A DNA stretch of 61,984 nt, counting the filler, from Choristocarpus tenellus KU-1152 (Eukaryota > Protista > Phaeophyceae): NCBI GenBank assembly GCA_964200185.2. It is 11 parts of 11 records of this genome, joined end to end, with 100 filler letters (N's around TTAATTAATTAA, not from the genome) between each part and the next. Parts side by side here need not be neighbours in the genome. Positions count along the whole stretch, not along the records: positions 27,086 to 38,749 come from CAXNAD020002196.1; positions 38,850 to 41,478 come from CAXNAD020026133.1; positions 41,579 to 44,278 come from CAXNAD020025521.1; positions 44,379 to 49,719 come from CAXNAD020011093.1; positions 49,820 to 52,489 come from CAXNAD020025787.1; 6 more parts are not named here. One strand, written 5' to 3'. Under the pieces are notes generated by a model, which saw only the letters and a program-made list of their open reading frames with translations, searched no databases and was not told where the DNA came from. The position numbers and the translations under genes are program-made. Shown here piece after piece: positions 37,718 through 51,125 of this stretch; the first letter of the stretch is position 1, and the number at the start of each line of letters is the position of its first letter.

Positions 37718-38849
37718 TTCCACCTATACTACAATACTCCCGTAAAAGCTCATAATTACAATGTGACATTACACTGCTGCTATGCCTCCAACCTAGCTTA
37801 ACCCTACAAAACTGGGCGAGGACCTAGGGAACCATTCCAAGAATCTATCAAGCGACACAACAGGTTAACTCGCTTCCCTCTGTTTGTAACTGCCAAGAAG
37901 AAGCTGCATGCTGATATCCGTATGCAAGTCATCGTGCAGTGATATATTTTGTTCAAATTGTACTGGTGACACCACTTGTTGAAGGTATGAAATATTTCGA
38001 CTGCCTTGCAACTATTTTGTAACTACCGAAGAAGAGGTACCTTCTGAAAATATACCACTTCTACTGTGCTGTACCCATTTTGACGCGGGGAAAGATTAAC
38101 GACATTTGAGATTTTTAATTTCTAGTATTACTGTATATTATTGTACCCTCTGACATTTTGCAGATGTGTCCGGGAAAGAGCCAAACCAAGATCATAAGGT
38201 CCCCCGTAAAAGTAACAGTTGTTGTAAATGTGAAAGATATATCTCCAAACTCTATTTACTATTTGATCACCAGTTATACTACACTCCACTAAAAGCTCGA
38301 AATTTCCATGTGATGTGTACACTGCCGCTATGTCTCCAATTTAGCTTAGCTCTACACAACTGTGTGAGAAGGTAAGGAAGCATCCTAAGAATCTGACAGC
38401 CCCTCCTTGCCCATCTCCCTCGTGTCTCCAGCTAAAAAACATGACACGTCTTGGGAGAGCCGCTTGTGTAGTGACAGACACTATCTGTTATAGGTGGGAT
38501 TTGACAGCCCTTTTTCTGCTGAAACCTCACGCCCCTGGTTAAGCTGTCCTTGACGATCCATTGTTAAAACCAGTTATACTATTGTTTATTAGGTTGTATC
38601 ACGGTTGAGAAGAGAGTGAGACATCATCACTAGATGGGGCTCACCAAACCTTACAGTAAATGACACATCCCATAAACTGTTGGGTCAAAGTATCTGGGGG
38701 GGGGTGTCGGCGTCCGTTTTTTATCCTTTTTTCGATTTTCACTTTTTAGNNNNNNNNNNNNNNNNNNNNNNNNNNNNNNNNNNNNNNNNNNNNTTAATTA
38801 ATTAANNNNNNNNNNNNNNNNNNNNNNNNNNNNNNNNNNNNNNNNNNNN

Positions 38850-40482
38850 GGGCAAGCCCTGCGGGGCCACAGGCGTTGTGGCCCCTGGGAACACCGCTGG
38901 CACCGGCAATGCCCTTGGATAGGGGGGTGGGGGGGGGGGTGGGGAACACAGGAATCAAGATTGAGGGAAGTGGCCTGGTGGGAGATGTCGGAGGAGGAGC
39001 AGTGGAGGGGGAAGGGGAGGTGATGGGGCAGCTCACATCGATCGACTACGAGTTGGTAAGTTGATGTTCTTGGAGGTCGGTTGTCTGTGTGCTGTCCTTG
39101 CCGTTCCCCTCCAACCCCCCACCCCCCCCAACACCCTGACCTCTCTCGCGCTATATCCCTGCTGATGAGAGATGGTGTCTAGTGTTACCTGTTTCAATTG
39201 GAAAGTGTATTTATGATGGCGTTGACCTTGGGGCATGAAACACGCGCTGAGAATTGACTTTGCCATCATCAACATATACATGTCATTGCAGTCTTGACTG
39301 TTGAGATTTGTTGCACACCTCAAAATCTCTCTCTCTCTCTCTTTCCCCCCCTCCCCCCTCCCCCCCACCACCAGCCCCTACTTTCATTCTCCCGTCCCCT
39401 CTACGACCATATTGCTTCTCTTTATATCTGTTTACCCTGACCGTGTTGCATTTCCTTTAGTTTTTCTGTATTTTTTAGAGAAAAAAAAATCCCTTATTTT
39501 TTTTGTTTGGTCTGGAAGCACACAACCTCTCGTGTGCTGTAACTGTGATAATAGAGGATACGTTATATTTTCTCGTATTGAGCAAAGGCTGTGAACGTGA
39601 AATCCTTCCTCATCACTGCGGAAAAGGGTTGATTTGTTCGCCCATACTGTTACACAACATGCCGCGAATATTGCCACCATTGGAGAAGTTTTTGGTGACT
39701 GGCCTGGGCCTTCTGACTGTACTTTGAAGGCGTATTTTAAGGAAATAACTGCTTAGTTTTATCATTTTCCAAGACAAAAAGAACCCTAAGAAGAGTCCCC
39801 CCTTCCCACTGTACACTGTTTTATGCACTATTAAATAACAGTCCTCATTTCAAGAGTTTTTATTTCTTTCGAGACTGCATGGTAGTGAGAATGAACTAAT
39901 CGACGCCTTTCCTCCTTGTGACAATCCCTCCCCCATTGCACTTAGGTTTTTCGGTCCGCCACTGTCCCTATGGCTATCACTAACGTGAATGGAAACCTAA
40001 TGGACTGCAACGAGCAGCTCTCTCGAACAACGGGCTACACTCGTGAGGACATGCGCTTCCTCACCATTTTCAATCTGGTTACAGACGCCTTCCTTCAGCA
40101 GACATTCAGGTGGGGGAGGCGTTGCTGAGTTCCACTTCAGAGCCAAAGAAATAGAGAGGGCAGGCGAGGCTTTCATTTCAAGGATTCCGAGAAAGGGCTA
40201 GAAGGCTGCATTGCGTATGATTGCGGAAGGAGGTGTTGTTGAAGTGTGGTGTCTCTCTCTCTCTATCTCTGTGGGGGGAACATTACACTTTGCATACACT
40301 ATTGTGTACCATGTAGCGATAAAATTGAGTGCGCATCGAACAGGGTAAGAAAGGTGGCTTACAATGCAAAAGGGTTCAGACCCTGCCTACCTCTCAAGTG
40401 GTTTGTTTGGCTCTTGAAATTTTGGGATTCCCATTGATTCAATGCTTCTTGTGGAGGGACTTGTGCAGTGTCCACAGTCACG

Positions 40483-40536
<54 letters not shown>

Positions 40537-41361
40537 TATTGTCACTGTGATGCATCTCATGCTTAGGTTCCTGCGAATACCCTGGAGACACGCACCCGAT
40601 TTCAAGGGTTAGGGTTAGGGTTAGGGTTGGTTTAGAAAGTGTCTGGTGAAATGAGGGATGACGCAGTAAAGGGGGTGGGAATCTTGTGGAGTTCCTTAAG
40701 CAGTCAGTAAGAATCTTCAGTGCAATTACGCCCGAACCCCCAGAGAGAGAGAGAGAGAGAATGCTGGATGCGGCATTCAAACCACGCGTTGCTTCTGTAT
40801 TTATATGTTACGATGTGGGCTAAACAGAATCTGTAGTGGGCACTCCATTCTATGGTGGGTTACATATATCTCTACCCAGGAAAGGGTTATCACACCTAAA
40901 TTGGATTAATTGACCACCCTGATCGATTGTGAGGAGCAATGGTCAAACCTCATATTTCATCGCGGATCGAAACTTAGATAAGAAAGTACCCACCAAACCT
41001 GACTGTAGCTTTCCTGTGCCCAACCAACCGGTCGATCAACTGTTGCTTCCTTGCTTCCTTGCTTCTTTGCTGCAGCATGATCAGTGGCATGTTGACAGCA
41101 AAGGAGGCCCTGCAGCCCAATTTCTTTGAGGTTCAAGGTAAGCGGAGGGATGGTCGTCCTGCTGGCGTCATGTGCATCACTGCTGTCCAGGATAGTGTAT
41201 TCCGGCCTCGATTCTTTGTCCTCAGTGTTCCCTCTGCAGCCTCCTCCTCCTCTTCCATCAATCAGCAGGGACAGAGTGGAGGTGGGGCAGGGATAGGATT
41301 GGGATTAGGGGTGGGAGCAACAGTGGGCGGAGCTGCGGTGGGTGGAACAACATCTTTCTAA
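38850..41361 (+). CDS. PAS-domain protein, 3' part, resembling stramenopile bHLH-PAS (RITMO1/bHLH1a-like) factors. Exons <38850-39055, 39946-40109, 41076-41361.
   Basis: Spliced frame: IDYEL|VFRSATVPMAITNVNGNLMDCNEQLSRTTGYTREDMRFLTIFNLVTDAFLQQTFS|MISGML...GVMCITAVQDSVFRPRFFVLSV...*. Canonical GT-AG sites, phases 0 and 2. The N-terminal domain is not in this contig. Confidence 0.85.
40140..40413 (+). mobile_element. MITE family B copy in an intron of the PAS gene (flanks TTCA/TTGA)
   Basis: GAGCCAAAG..GAGAGG ... CTACCTCTCAAGTGGTTTGTTTGGCTC; internal CAGGGTAAGAAAGGTGGCTT block. Confidence 0.8.
40604..40628 (+). repeat. Short interstitial telomere-type (TTAGGG)n; 2-unit motifs also near 8811, 10330, 44445, 44880, 45474, 47787, 53632
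   Basis: AGGGTTAGGGTTAGGGTTAGGGTT. Confidence 0.75.
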
Positions 41362-41699
41362 GATCCCAAGAAGGCGTTTGTATGTGTTGGTATGTGGACA
41401 CAGCCGTCCCTTGGGGTGGGTGGGGGGGGCTCGGCGGTTGCTTGAGAGGTGGTGAGCCACAGGAAGACATCGATGATTNNNNNNNNNNNNNNNNNNNNNN
41501 NNNNNNNNNNNNNNNNNNNNNNTTAATTAATTAANNNNNNNNNNNNNNNNNNNNNNNNNNNNNNNNNNNNNNNNNNNNGCAACCAAATCACCCAAACATC
41601 GCGAAATGAAAAAATTGACCCCAAATGGACAGTCACCACCCCCTCCGAGATACTTTGAGACGGACTTCAGTCTCACTGTCACTAGGTCTCCACTGTAGG

Positions 41700-42245
41700 G
41701 AGAGAAAGGTCTTGTCAAATATGTGCCCAGTGGCCGGGTCCCGGCGGCAACATGTGGACATGAGACATGCTCGAACCTGGCATAAAGTGGCAGGACAGTT
41801 TCGCCGGCATACACCAATGACAAAACAGTTCGGGCGAATCTGCAAGGGGACGAGCGTTCCCTACATTCTGGAAGGACGGCATAGATGTTATGTTCCACGC
41901 TGAGGCATTGGCAGAGGCTGATTCAGCTCCCCATTATGGTACCTGGTCAACTCGTCCATCAGCAATTGTTCGCGGCTGCGGCAGCCAAGGTGCAAAAGTG
42001 CAAGCACTGTGAGGGATCTTATTATCCTCGTAGTTATAGTCTCAACCTTTGTGGAGGGAGGTTTTGGGCACCTTGGTACGCCAGCAGAGAGCTTCCTCAG
42101 TGAGTTAGCCACCAATATGGTAGGGGGCAGAGGGTCTGAGGGATACAGCAGGAAAGAAGCTGTCAAGACCCGCTTGATATAATTAGTGTCCGTAAATGCA
42201 CGAGCAGATATTTCGAGGAGGGTAATGCGTTCCAAGATGGAGACA
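41700..42245 (+). mobile_element. Decayed 3' end of a CRE/R2-group non-LTR retrotransposon (zinc knuckle + restriction-like endonuclease)
   Basis: Frameshifted motifs HARTWHK...RH, AAAAAKVQKCKH, TFVEGGFGHLGTPAESFLSELA and RLI*LVSVNARADISRR match the RLE tail pattern A..K..KY..ET.G..G..A..FL..LA..RLSV. Confidence 0.65.
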
Positions 42246-43739
42246 CCTGGCTGATGGGCGCGAAGGGGTCTTACAGACTCTTGGGGTTATTCCCTCGTTC
42301 CTCGCCCACCTCTGCAGGGGCAGACTGGAGGCATAGTGGCATTTTCATTGGTTCTTAAGGAATAATCTCCCAATGGACCTTATTATATAATTCAGTATAA
42401 AAAAAGGTGTTTTGAAGTGTAACCACTCTTGTATGTTTTTTTTTGCCTTGCTTTTGGTCTTTTCCCTCCCCCAACGAATTTGGAAGTAAGCATAAGTAGT
42501 ACTCACCGCATATTCTTAGTGTGTAATACTCTGGTAGTATTCATTAATACGATAAGGATTTCATCAGTCAGTACTCATTTTACGTGTAATGTGTTAGTTT
42601 GTGCAGTACTGTGAGGAAGTCGAAGCAGTCTCTTCTGTGGTACCTACATGGTGACGGTGACGGGAGTGAGTGTAGATGTCGGAGAGGAACTTCTCGGTTT
42701 CGGACCAATATCTTCAAACTTCGACAATATTTGGGACTAGAAAATTTCTTCTTCCCCATTCCCAGGATTGACCGTGTAAGTATTCCTTAGTAAGGGTCAG
42801 ATCTGGAACTTCGTCTGCAAGCTACTTCAGGAAGCCATAGATAGCCACACAATCCGGAGTAAACGTATGATGTAGTGACATAAAGTTTCATTTACATTTT
42901 AAAACCTTGCGTTCAGGCTCCCTTACTGTCCTTGCTGTGTGGGTGAGGGAACACTTCGGTAAATTTTGAGAGCATCGCTCCTCATTTGTCATGGCACTGG
43001 TTCAGCAGCATTACCAAAACCCTTAACACTGAAGCATCTGTCAACTTGAAAGCTATGTGTTACAGGCGAATTGCGCGAGCATTTCTACACGAGATTTGTA
43101 GCAAACAGGTGAACTTACAGAATAAATGCTAATTTCTTAGAATTTGCAGGAAATATTTGTAATTTGAGTACGTATAAAACGGCTGGCAGATGTCTTTCAT
43201 TTGTAGTCTGTAGAATTGGGTGCACGATGAAAATAAATAATACTTTGACTGCCACCAAAGTACGTCTTGATTCACTCCTTTTTATCTCGATTAAAGCATT
43301 AAGTCAAGCATTGAGCTAAGCACTGATTGAAGCATTGAGAGAAGAGCAGCTAACACCCGCAAGTGGCGATCAACTGTGGAAATACTCCGTAGCATCGTTT
43401 TAAGGTCGTTGGATTAGAGTTGCACATTCTGTGGAGGTGAGTTCTGGGGCGTGTTGTAACATATGCTGATAGTTGGCTCCCCACTGGGCATGCTTCAGTG
43501 TTTGAAGGGTCAACTAAAGGTATTGGCAGTTGTCTAGAGTGCTGATTGACAAGATTGGTATTGCCCAATAACTGTGTGAATGAAGAAATTAGAACAGGAG
43601 GTCTGCACCTGTGCCTGGGATACCAACCACATTAATTGGTACTGCACAAAAGAGACAAGCGAATCTGTCCTTTTCATTCCAGGTCAGTTTTTTTCTCAAA
43701 AAGAAGTAGAACGAGCACTTTTGGACAGCCTAACAGAAA

Positions 43740-44195
43740 AAGGGCTAAGTCCCAACCAAGGAGGTTTGGTCAGGATGGAAGTAACTGCGAAGGTAGTTGG
43801 GTATTTGGGCTGACTGTGCTGGAGTTGAAGACGGATACCATGTGCCTTCAACCTCACAATAAAGCCTGAGGCATTATACAGATCCGAGCGGTGGGCCAGA
43901 GGTACAAGCAGACTGGCAAGTTTGTTTACCTTGGAGGCGCCCTCAGTGAAAGGCTGTTAAAACACCGCCGAGATTATTCAAAGGTTCCAAAAAGCCTGAG
44001 ATCGTTTTGCAAATATAGTCAAGTGCTTCATGACAGGACCACACAGGTGTATTACTTTTCTCATGACCTGAATGGTCAAGGCTGAAGTACTTGATGCCCT
44101 GTAACATGGTTGTGTGACATGGACACTTCCCCAAGTCACTACATGAATCTTCACTCTCATCACCACAAATTCCTCCTACGCTGGATGGATTTTTC
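43740..44195 (+). mobile_element. Decayed RTE-like LINE reverse transcriptase, C-terminal part
   Basis: Motifs FGLTVLELKTDTMCL and GQRYKQTGKFVYLGGALS (the KT..M / F.YLG motifs of LINE RT), with frameshifts. Confidence 0.75.
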
Positions 44196-45843
44196 GAACG
44201 GCAAAAGGTTCAAAGTATCTGGGGGGGGGGTGGCGGCTGTCCATTTTGGGTCAAATTTTTCATGTCGCGATTTTTGGGNNNNNNNNNNNNNNNNNNNNNN
44301 NNNNNNNNNNNNNNNNNNNNNNTTAATTAATTAANNNNNNNNNNNNNNNNNNNNNNNNNNNNNNNNNNNNNNNNNNNNCATTCAAGCACAGGTGAGCTGC
44401 TTGTACCCATATGGTCTGGTGTCCTTGGTAGCTTCTTGGTTAATCCTAACCCTAACCCTTGATGTTTACTACACTTTTTTCATAGGGTGTTTTTTTTTTG
44501 TTTATTGAAGGAAGTAAGGAAGTACTAACTACTCTCTAGAATATTTATTGAAGACTATTTGTTGTTGAATCACTAGTATGTCTTTGGAGGGTGGTGTTGG
44601 TGTTTTAGTAGATATCATTTTCTACACTTCATGTGTTGGTAGGTATTATTTGGTAGTAGTCCATTTTTAGAAGTCTACTAATGTTTGTGCCCTATTCCTC
44701 CCGGATCAGAGTGTCCCTTCACTCAAACAGGAGGTGAGACCTGTATTGCTGTCGATGCTGTTATTGTTATTATTGGCAACAACTAGATTTGTAATACTCC
44801 AAACCTGTGTGTTACTCTATGGCTTTGAGTTTGTATCTGATTTGATTTTGTTTCACCTTGGAGGTGGAGAACTCACTAGCCCTAACCCTAACCTACTTCT
44901 ATGTGGGCTATCCATTTCTAGTCCAAGTACATTTTTCTTTTCTTTTTTATGTATATGACGGTGTTGTCATATTTTAGATGGAATATTTAATCGTTGCTGA
45001 TCCCTTTTGCCAAGTGATATTTTTGTGTATAATGCCAGGTACTATGAAATACTTACTAGACTGTTCTGCATTCACTTCCAATGTTCACTGCTATCATTCA
45101 GTACCTATTAATTGATAGTAATATTTTGCCAGTACATTGGTGTGTGTCGAGCCAAGCCAAGGTATGAATACCACTCCATCACTTTCAATACATAATTACC
45201 TTTGGTGACTTTAGACACCTCTACTTGACCTCATGTCAGACCCATCCTATCTCAGACAAGTGTGCATAATATTAATAAATACATTTCTTATCTTTAGGAT
45301 TGTTCTAAACTGAATGAGTCTGTGGAGTGGAATAAAATATGTAGTGTGGTAGTTATTGAGAATAAAATATTATTATTTTGTGTTGGCATTGTCTATTTCA
45401 TAATGTCTAATGCCACAGAAGATGTTTGTAAGGTATTCCATGATGGTTTATGGTGACTCGCTTGAAGGCAAGAGGTTAGGGTTAGGGTTTGAAACAAGAT
45501 GCGCAAAAGAGTGTATGTGAATATGTTAACTCAAGAATGGTGTATTAACGTGCTGTGTTGCATTGAATTGGACAGGATGAGGGGAAAGAGAGGGGTGAAA
45601 CTAAGTCCGCCACAGGGACAAGGACAGAGAGAACTGACCTCCCTATCCTGAGACAGGTGAGCATTCTAAGAAGCGAAATCTGTTCACCCTTTACATTACC
45701 TATTACTAGTTACAGTAATAGTGATAATAATAATAATAATAATAGTCACAGTACTGTCTGTGGTGTCTGCTATGTTGGAGGAGAAAAGATGATGTGGAGT
45801 ATAATTATTATTTTTAATTATTTTATCCTGTTGTTGATGTTAA

Positions 45844-46103
45844 GAGTGAAAGTGTCTCAAGAGGGTACGAGTTTTGCCCTGTTTGTCAGTTTGTGGCTTG
45901 GCTTCCCATGTTTTTTTTAATGACATTTACCTATTCCAAAATGTTTTTGAGTAGGTAAAATGTGTACGTTATGAAAAGGTGTGTCTGGAGCAAGGATATT
46001 GACACTTCCTAACAAACATGATAGCCAAGATTACTTCAAAATCGCAACATTGGATTTTGCCCTGAAATCGGACGCGGCTCTATCCTCTAACATACTTTGA
46101 CTC
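45844..46103 (-). mobile_element. MITE family A copy with 4-bp TSD TTAA
   Basis: TTAA|GAGTGAAAG ... TACTTTGACTC|TTAA. Confidence 0.92.
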
Positions 46104-48176
46104 TTAATGCAGTAGGTTAACTGAGCTATGACTCCCTGGTGTATTTCTGGTGTCCCATGAGTGGTGTTGAGTGGTGATCAGTGAAGTGAGTACCTGTAGA
46201 ACAGCACACAACTGAGCCAGAATAGCAAAATATCAAGATATTTGTAACATTTTTGGGATAAAAGACAAGGTAAGCTTTGCATTCATATAAAATATGAATT
46301 CCAGTATATTAGTGAATCTATTTTTAAAGGTTTTTCTGTTAATAACACCAATGGCCATTGTTGATGTGATTTTTACACTGTCAAGGCACTCCAAACAGAC
46401 AAGAGCTTAGACCCTGTGTGAGGCCAGGCTGGGGAATATTGGTCACTAACTGCATAAAAAACAAGGGTTCTACTTACTATTAGTGATACTAATAATATTG
46501 ATTTGTTTTAATAATAATGATAAATAGTAATAGTAACTCTTGTTGTGGATCAAAGTCAGGGTGATTTGATATCTTTATTTTTATTTCATCTTAATATTAT
46601 TACTATGTTGTGGTGTTATGTTCTTTTTAGGCACAATCATTGCCTTAATGTCACCACATACCATATACCCATAAATTTGCTATTTGTTCCCTGATATTTG
46701 AATGTGCATGGAGGCTGTTATTAATTTAATATTTATTGTTATGAGGTGGTGGTGTATCTGATGGAGAAGAGTTGAAATCACCCAAAACAAAATCCTTGCT
46801 TGAATATCTCAACAACGAAGACCAACCTTTATTTCTATTAAGGTTTGTGTCATCTCAATATGTAGAAAAAAAATTACACATTGGAAAAATACACCTGGTT
46901 GACAAAAGTATGTTTCCATCATTTTTCGAAATAAGAAATTGCAATTTGACAGGTGGGGAGTTTTTCTTGTCAAGTGTAGATATGTGATTTTTTCCTAAAC
47001 ACGAACACAAGATGACCCTCAAAGTCCTAGCCATTTTAAACTCAAAGAATGGAGTAAAGGTTGTGGTTCTGTTATGTGATATGAGGTACAGTAGTACACC
47101 TTTTTGTTTTTATTAATAATTTAGTTTTAATTTCAAGAGTAGTGTTGTATGAATCAATGAGTGTCAATGACAGCAATCAAATTGGTTTAGGGTTAGGACA
47201 GCAACGAGGAGAGAGGATAGGATCAGGAGAAAGGGAACATCAGCCTAGACTAAACTTAAGGATAACCTCAAGATACTGCATGCAACCGCACAAGCAAGAT
47301 GCACACGGACAAATCTGAACAGGAGTGGAACAGGATAGAGCCAACTCAGGCATAACACTTGAGCTGGAAGAACTGACAACACAAACCAACCAATGAGAAT
47401 CACTCTTGATAAGATGGTCTGCTGGATGGCCAGCAGAACTGATTCAGCAAGCGAACCCTTGGCAAATGAGGAAGACCCTTTGTGAGACTCTAAAGCTCTT
47501 GTGAAACTGACATGTGTCTCTCGAAGTGTCCCTCAAACTCGGCAAACTGGAAAAAGAGACCCTTGGCGAGATAATTTACCTCAGATGTGCCGCTAGAGGT
47601 GTCCATTGGATCTGGTTTCCACATGTGTCCATGTGTATATTAGGAGTTGTAAGTTAAGGAGCATATTGCTTCTTTTGCTCTGGACTTGACCATGTTGATA
47701 TGTCACACCGAACATCCCCACCCAGAGTGATATCATCAGTCAGGTGGACAAGCTCTGTTCTTTTTCACTTGGTTTTCAAGCGAGTAACCCTAACCCTATA
47801 TCAGAGTTCCCATTTGACCATAACTTAAACAACCATACATTTTAGTTGTACTTTTCATGATCAAGAGATTCCTCTGTGTCAAGGGAACGGAACAATAAAT
47901 ATGTGTGATGTGTTGTCCATTTTTTTTATCATATTAGTTTAATGGTTTAGATTCTGGGAAGTGATTGAATCAGCTTGTGTGTATGGTATGACTTGGTATG
48001 GTATGATATGTAAGGCAAGTGAGGTATATCTTCAGTATTAGTGTGGGGTAGTGTACTGATTACCTTTTAACTTGATTTTTGGACTATGCTGCAATGATGA
48101 AACCTACGAGTACTAGGTGGTAATATATATTTCTTAATTATTATTGTTGATGACCTCTATCGTGCTACATTGACAG

Positions 48177-49719
48177 ATTGTGACTGGTGTGTCCAAGGGA
48201 AACCAGGTGAAAGGGGAGGAGAACAGTCCTCATGACAGAAGGGTCAGTGATTCCTGTGAGAGCAGAAGGTATCGAAAGTACTACAAAGGGACAAACACCT
48301 TTTACCATGAGGCTCACACCACACACAATCTCACTTCATTCAATGAACTACTGAGGAATCATTTCGACTTCCCCCACATGGTGAGATTGGAGGTTGGTAG
48401 GTAAGTAGGTCGGTAGTGCCACCTTGTAGTGCATTCCTGAAATCACCTGTCATGGTAACCAAGTTAATATTATTTTTCCCTTGTTCATAAATGAAAATGT
48501 GCAATATAGAGATAGATTTCGAGAATGTGTTGTTGTCTTTACTATGATACAAAAAAATGATTTTATTATGTATGTTTTATTGATCACAATGTACCTAAAC
48601 ACCTTGACCTTAGTCTACCTGGTATGCCTATTCCATGATGCAGGATGCTGTGCTTATGGTGCCATTGGAGGAAACTGCACCCAAACAATCCCATAGCCCA
48701 TGTAATCGAGAATCCAAGAATGAGACCACCCACCCACCTTTGCAAGCTCTGGATGTCAAACCCACAGAAAGGGAACCTTGTGGGGATCATCCTTCAAGGG
48801 ATTCCTCCATACCTTTGTCATTGTACAGTGATGGAGGAGGAAAAGGGGACAGGTCAGTAGCTTTGGATGTGTACAGGAGATACCTTGAACTCAATGGAAT
48901 TCTTGGACCTGGGGAAGATGTGGATGGCAGATCGGAGGTGTTGTTTGAGGTGGAAGTAGATCCAGGGGGGATGCAAAAAGGTCAGAAACTGAGCACACTG
49001 ACAAGCAGGAGAATGGAGGGTGTTGGTATGTTGGAAGGATTTGAGGTTCCAAAGAGTGCTCCATGTGCAACTGCACAAAGTGAGACGGCACTACTTGGGT
49101 TAGACTGGAAAGGACAGGAAACTAAACATAGGCAAGAGTTATTATCCTGCCAGCAATGCCAGAAGTTGTTCACCACAATTACTGCCTTGCCTGAGCCTTC
49201 TGAAGCCATCACTCCTGTTGCTGCTTTGGTAAGTAGCACATGGGAGCATGCAAGTGTTATTAATAGCAAGGCTATTAAGAGCAATGAAAAGAGTAGTGCA
49301 GGCAAGCAAACAGAAGGGAGATCGTTTGTTTCTCACCAGACTCAAGAAATCAACCGAGACAGGCAAGATGAGGGGGATGACCAAGCACAGGGAGCTGAAG
49401 CTGAAGAGAGTGGGAAGTACGGGGCAAGATCAAATGGATTAGGGTTAGGCAATGCACAGCTACCTTTGAAGTCCAATAGTAAAGGACTGCATGTGAGAGG
49501 AGGCAGCAGTGAGGTGACAGTGGCCATGTTGTCCTCACACATCATGACACGTGTCCGGTCTGTAGTGGAACCGCGAAAGGCAGGTGCCAGCAGTGGTGGT
49601 ACTACAGTTAGTTTGATGGGTACCTGTGCTGAAGGTGCTGCCTTTTCAGATTCAGCTGCCAAGTGTACATTCCCTGTGAATGGCAGTGCTGGTCTTGTCA
49701 TGTTCCCCAAACCAAAGGG
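48177..49719 (+). CDS. Internal exons of an unknown protein (48177-48380 and 48644->49719)
   Basis: Longest open frame in the window (~360 codons, low complexity). CAG acceptors at 48176 and 48643 and a GTGAG donor at 48381 are all phase 0. No domain recognised. Confidence 0.6.
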
Positions 49720-51125
49720 NNNNNNNNNNNNNNNNNNNNNNNNNNNNNNNNNNNNNNNNNNNNTTAATTAATTAANNNNNNNNNNNNNNNNNNNNNNNNN
49801 NNNNNNNNNNNNNNNNNNNCGATGAGGAATCATGGTGTTGCAAAGCACCGATGAGTGATATGCGCAGTCTATGTTATGGATAGGTGTGATTGTGCTGCAA
49901 AGCACCGATGCATTGATTCTGTTGTAACTGAGGTCATTGATCTCTCAGTCAAGAATGATGCGATGTGAATTCAGTATTCTTGGTTGCTCAATCAAGAATG
50001 ATGTAGTGTGAATTCAGTGTTCTTTCATGTGATACTCAATGAAAGAAGTCCATGCTCTGTGGAGAGCCTTGTTACCTTAACTGGCAAGGGTTTCCGCTAA
50101 TGATTTTAACTCTGATTATACTATATCCATGTGTATGTTTGGTGCGCAGTTTGCAGAGTGGCGTTGATGCAATTTGAGAGATCAATGGCAGTCATGAAAG
50201 AAATAATCAACCATAAATGTACACTGTCATCTTCTGCTGATAAGAAGAAAGATTGAAAGAAATAAACAAACAACAAAACAAAATTGAAACAATATGTGAT
50301 GCAACTAGAGTGACGTACACTATACTATACTATTTGTGTGGAACGCAGAGGGACTGTTCTGTACTAAGGTGTTCTGATTGTAGTTGATGTGGTGATGACG
50401 AACTAGTGAAAGTGACGCCCAGAACGTTGTCGAATAACCTAGTGTTATCCTTACGTTATCTGTGCTGACACAAGTAAACAACATAGATAGCTTGTATGTA
50501 CGTTGATCTTTAGTTTAGTACCATAAAAGGTAGTAACGTACACAGCGGTATGTTATGGTGGGCCAATGGGATACTGCAAATGGTATAATGGGACAATAGC
50601 ATCAAGTGGACAATACCCTGTGGATAATTAATAATTCAGTGTGTGCTTTACCATGTAATTCAACTGCTAGCTTCCGGCGACGAGCCTCACGTGCGCCAAG
50701 CTTCTCAACAAACGTAACGGACCAATCAACAGTCAGTGTTGACTGTGTTCGTAGATAGTGCTGCTGATACACTATAGACACAATCGGTGAAGTAGATTAG
50801 GAAAGATAAACACCACCAGTGGAGTAATGGAGGAAAAATAAGTGAGAGATAAATGTTTCGGTGTATCTTAGTTGAAGTCTGCACAAATCATATATGATGC
50901 AGTGACTGTATTCTTTTCTGATTATAATATTATTTTCTGATTATCCATGTGGACGCTGCAAACACCTCATGGCAATCAACACTGGTCTTACCCACGTTCT
51001 CAGTCAGCGGAATCGAGACCATAAAGGCCCCTGTAATATTTACCTTAATCATCTACATCAAGCGGTTCTTTGTCCTTCATTAAAGCACCATAAAGGCCGC
51101 GGGTCCAGTGTGGGATAGTTCGACA

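Noticed and set aside
40604-40628. True telomere
   Set aside because: Only about four units, inside an intron.
50400-50570. LTR plus primer-binding site
   Set aside because: Similarity to 52025-52135 is real but loose, and there is no convincing TG...CA pair, PBS or internal retroelement ORF.
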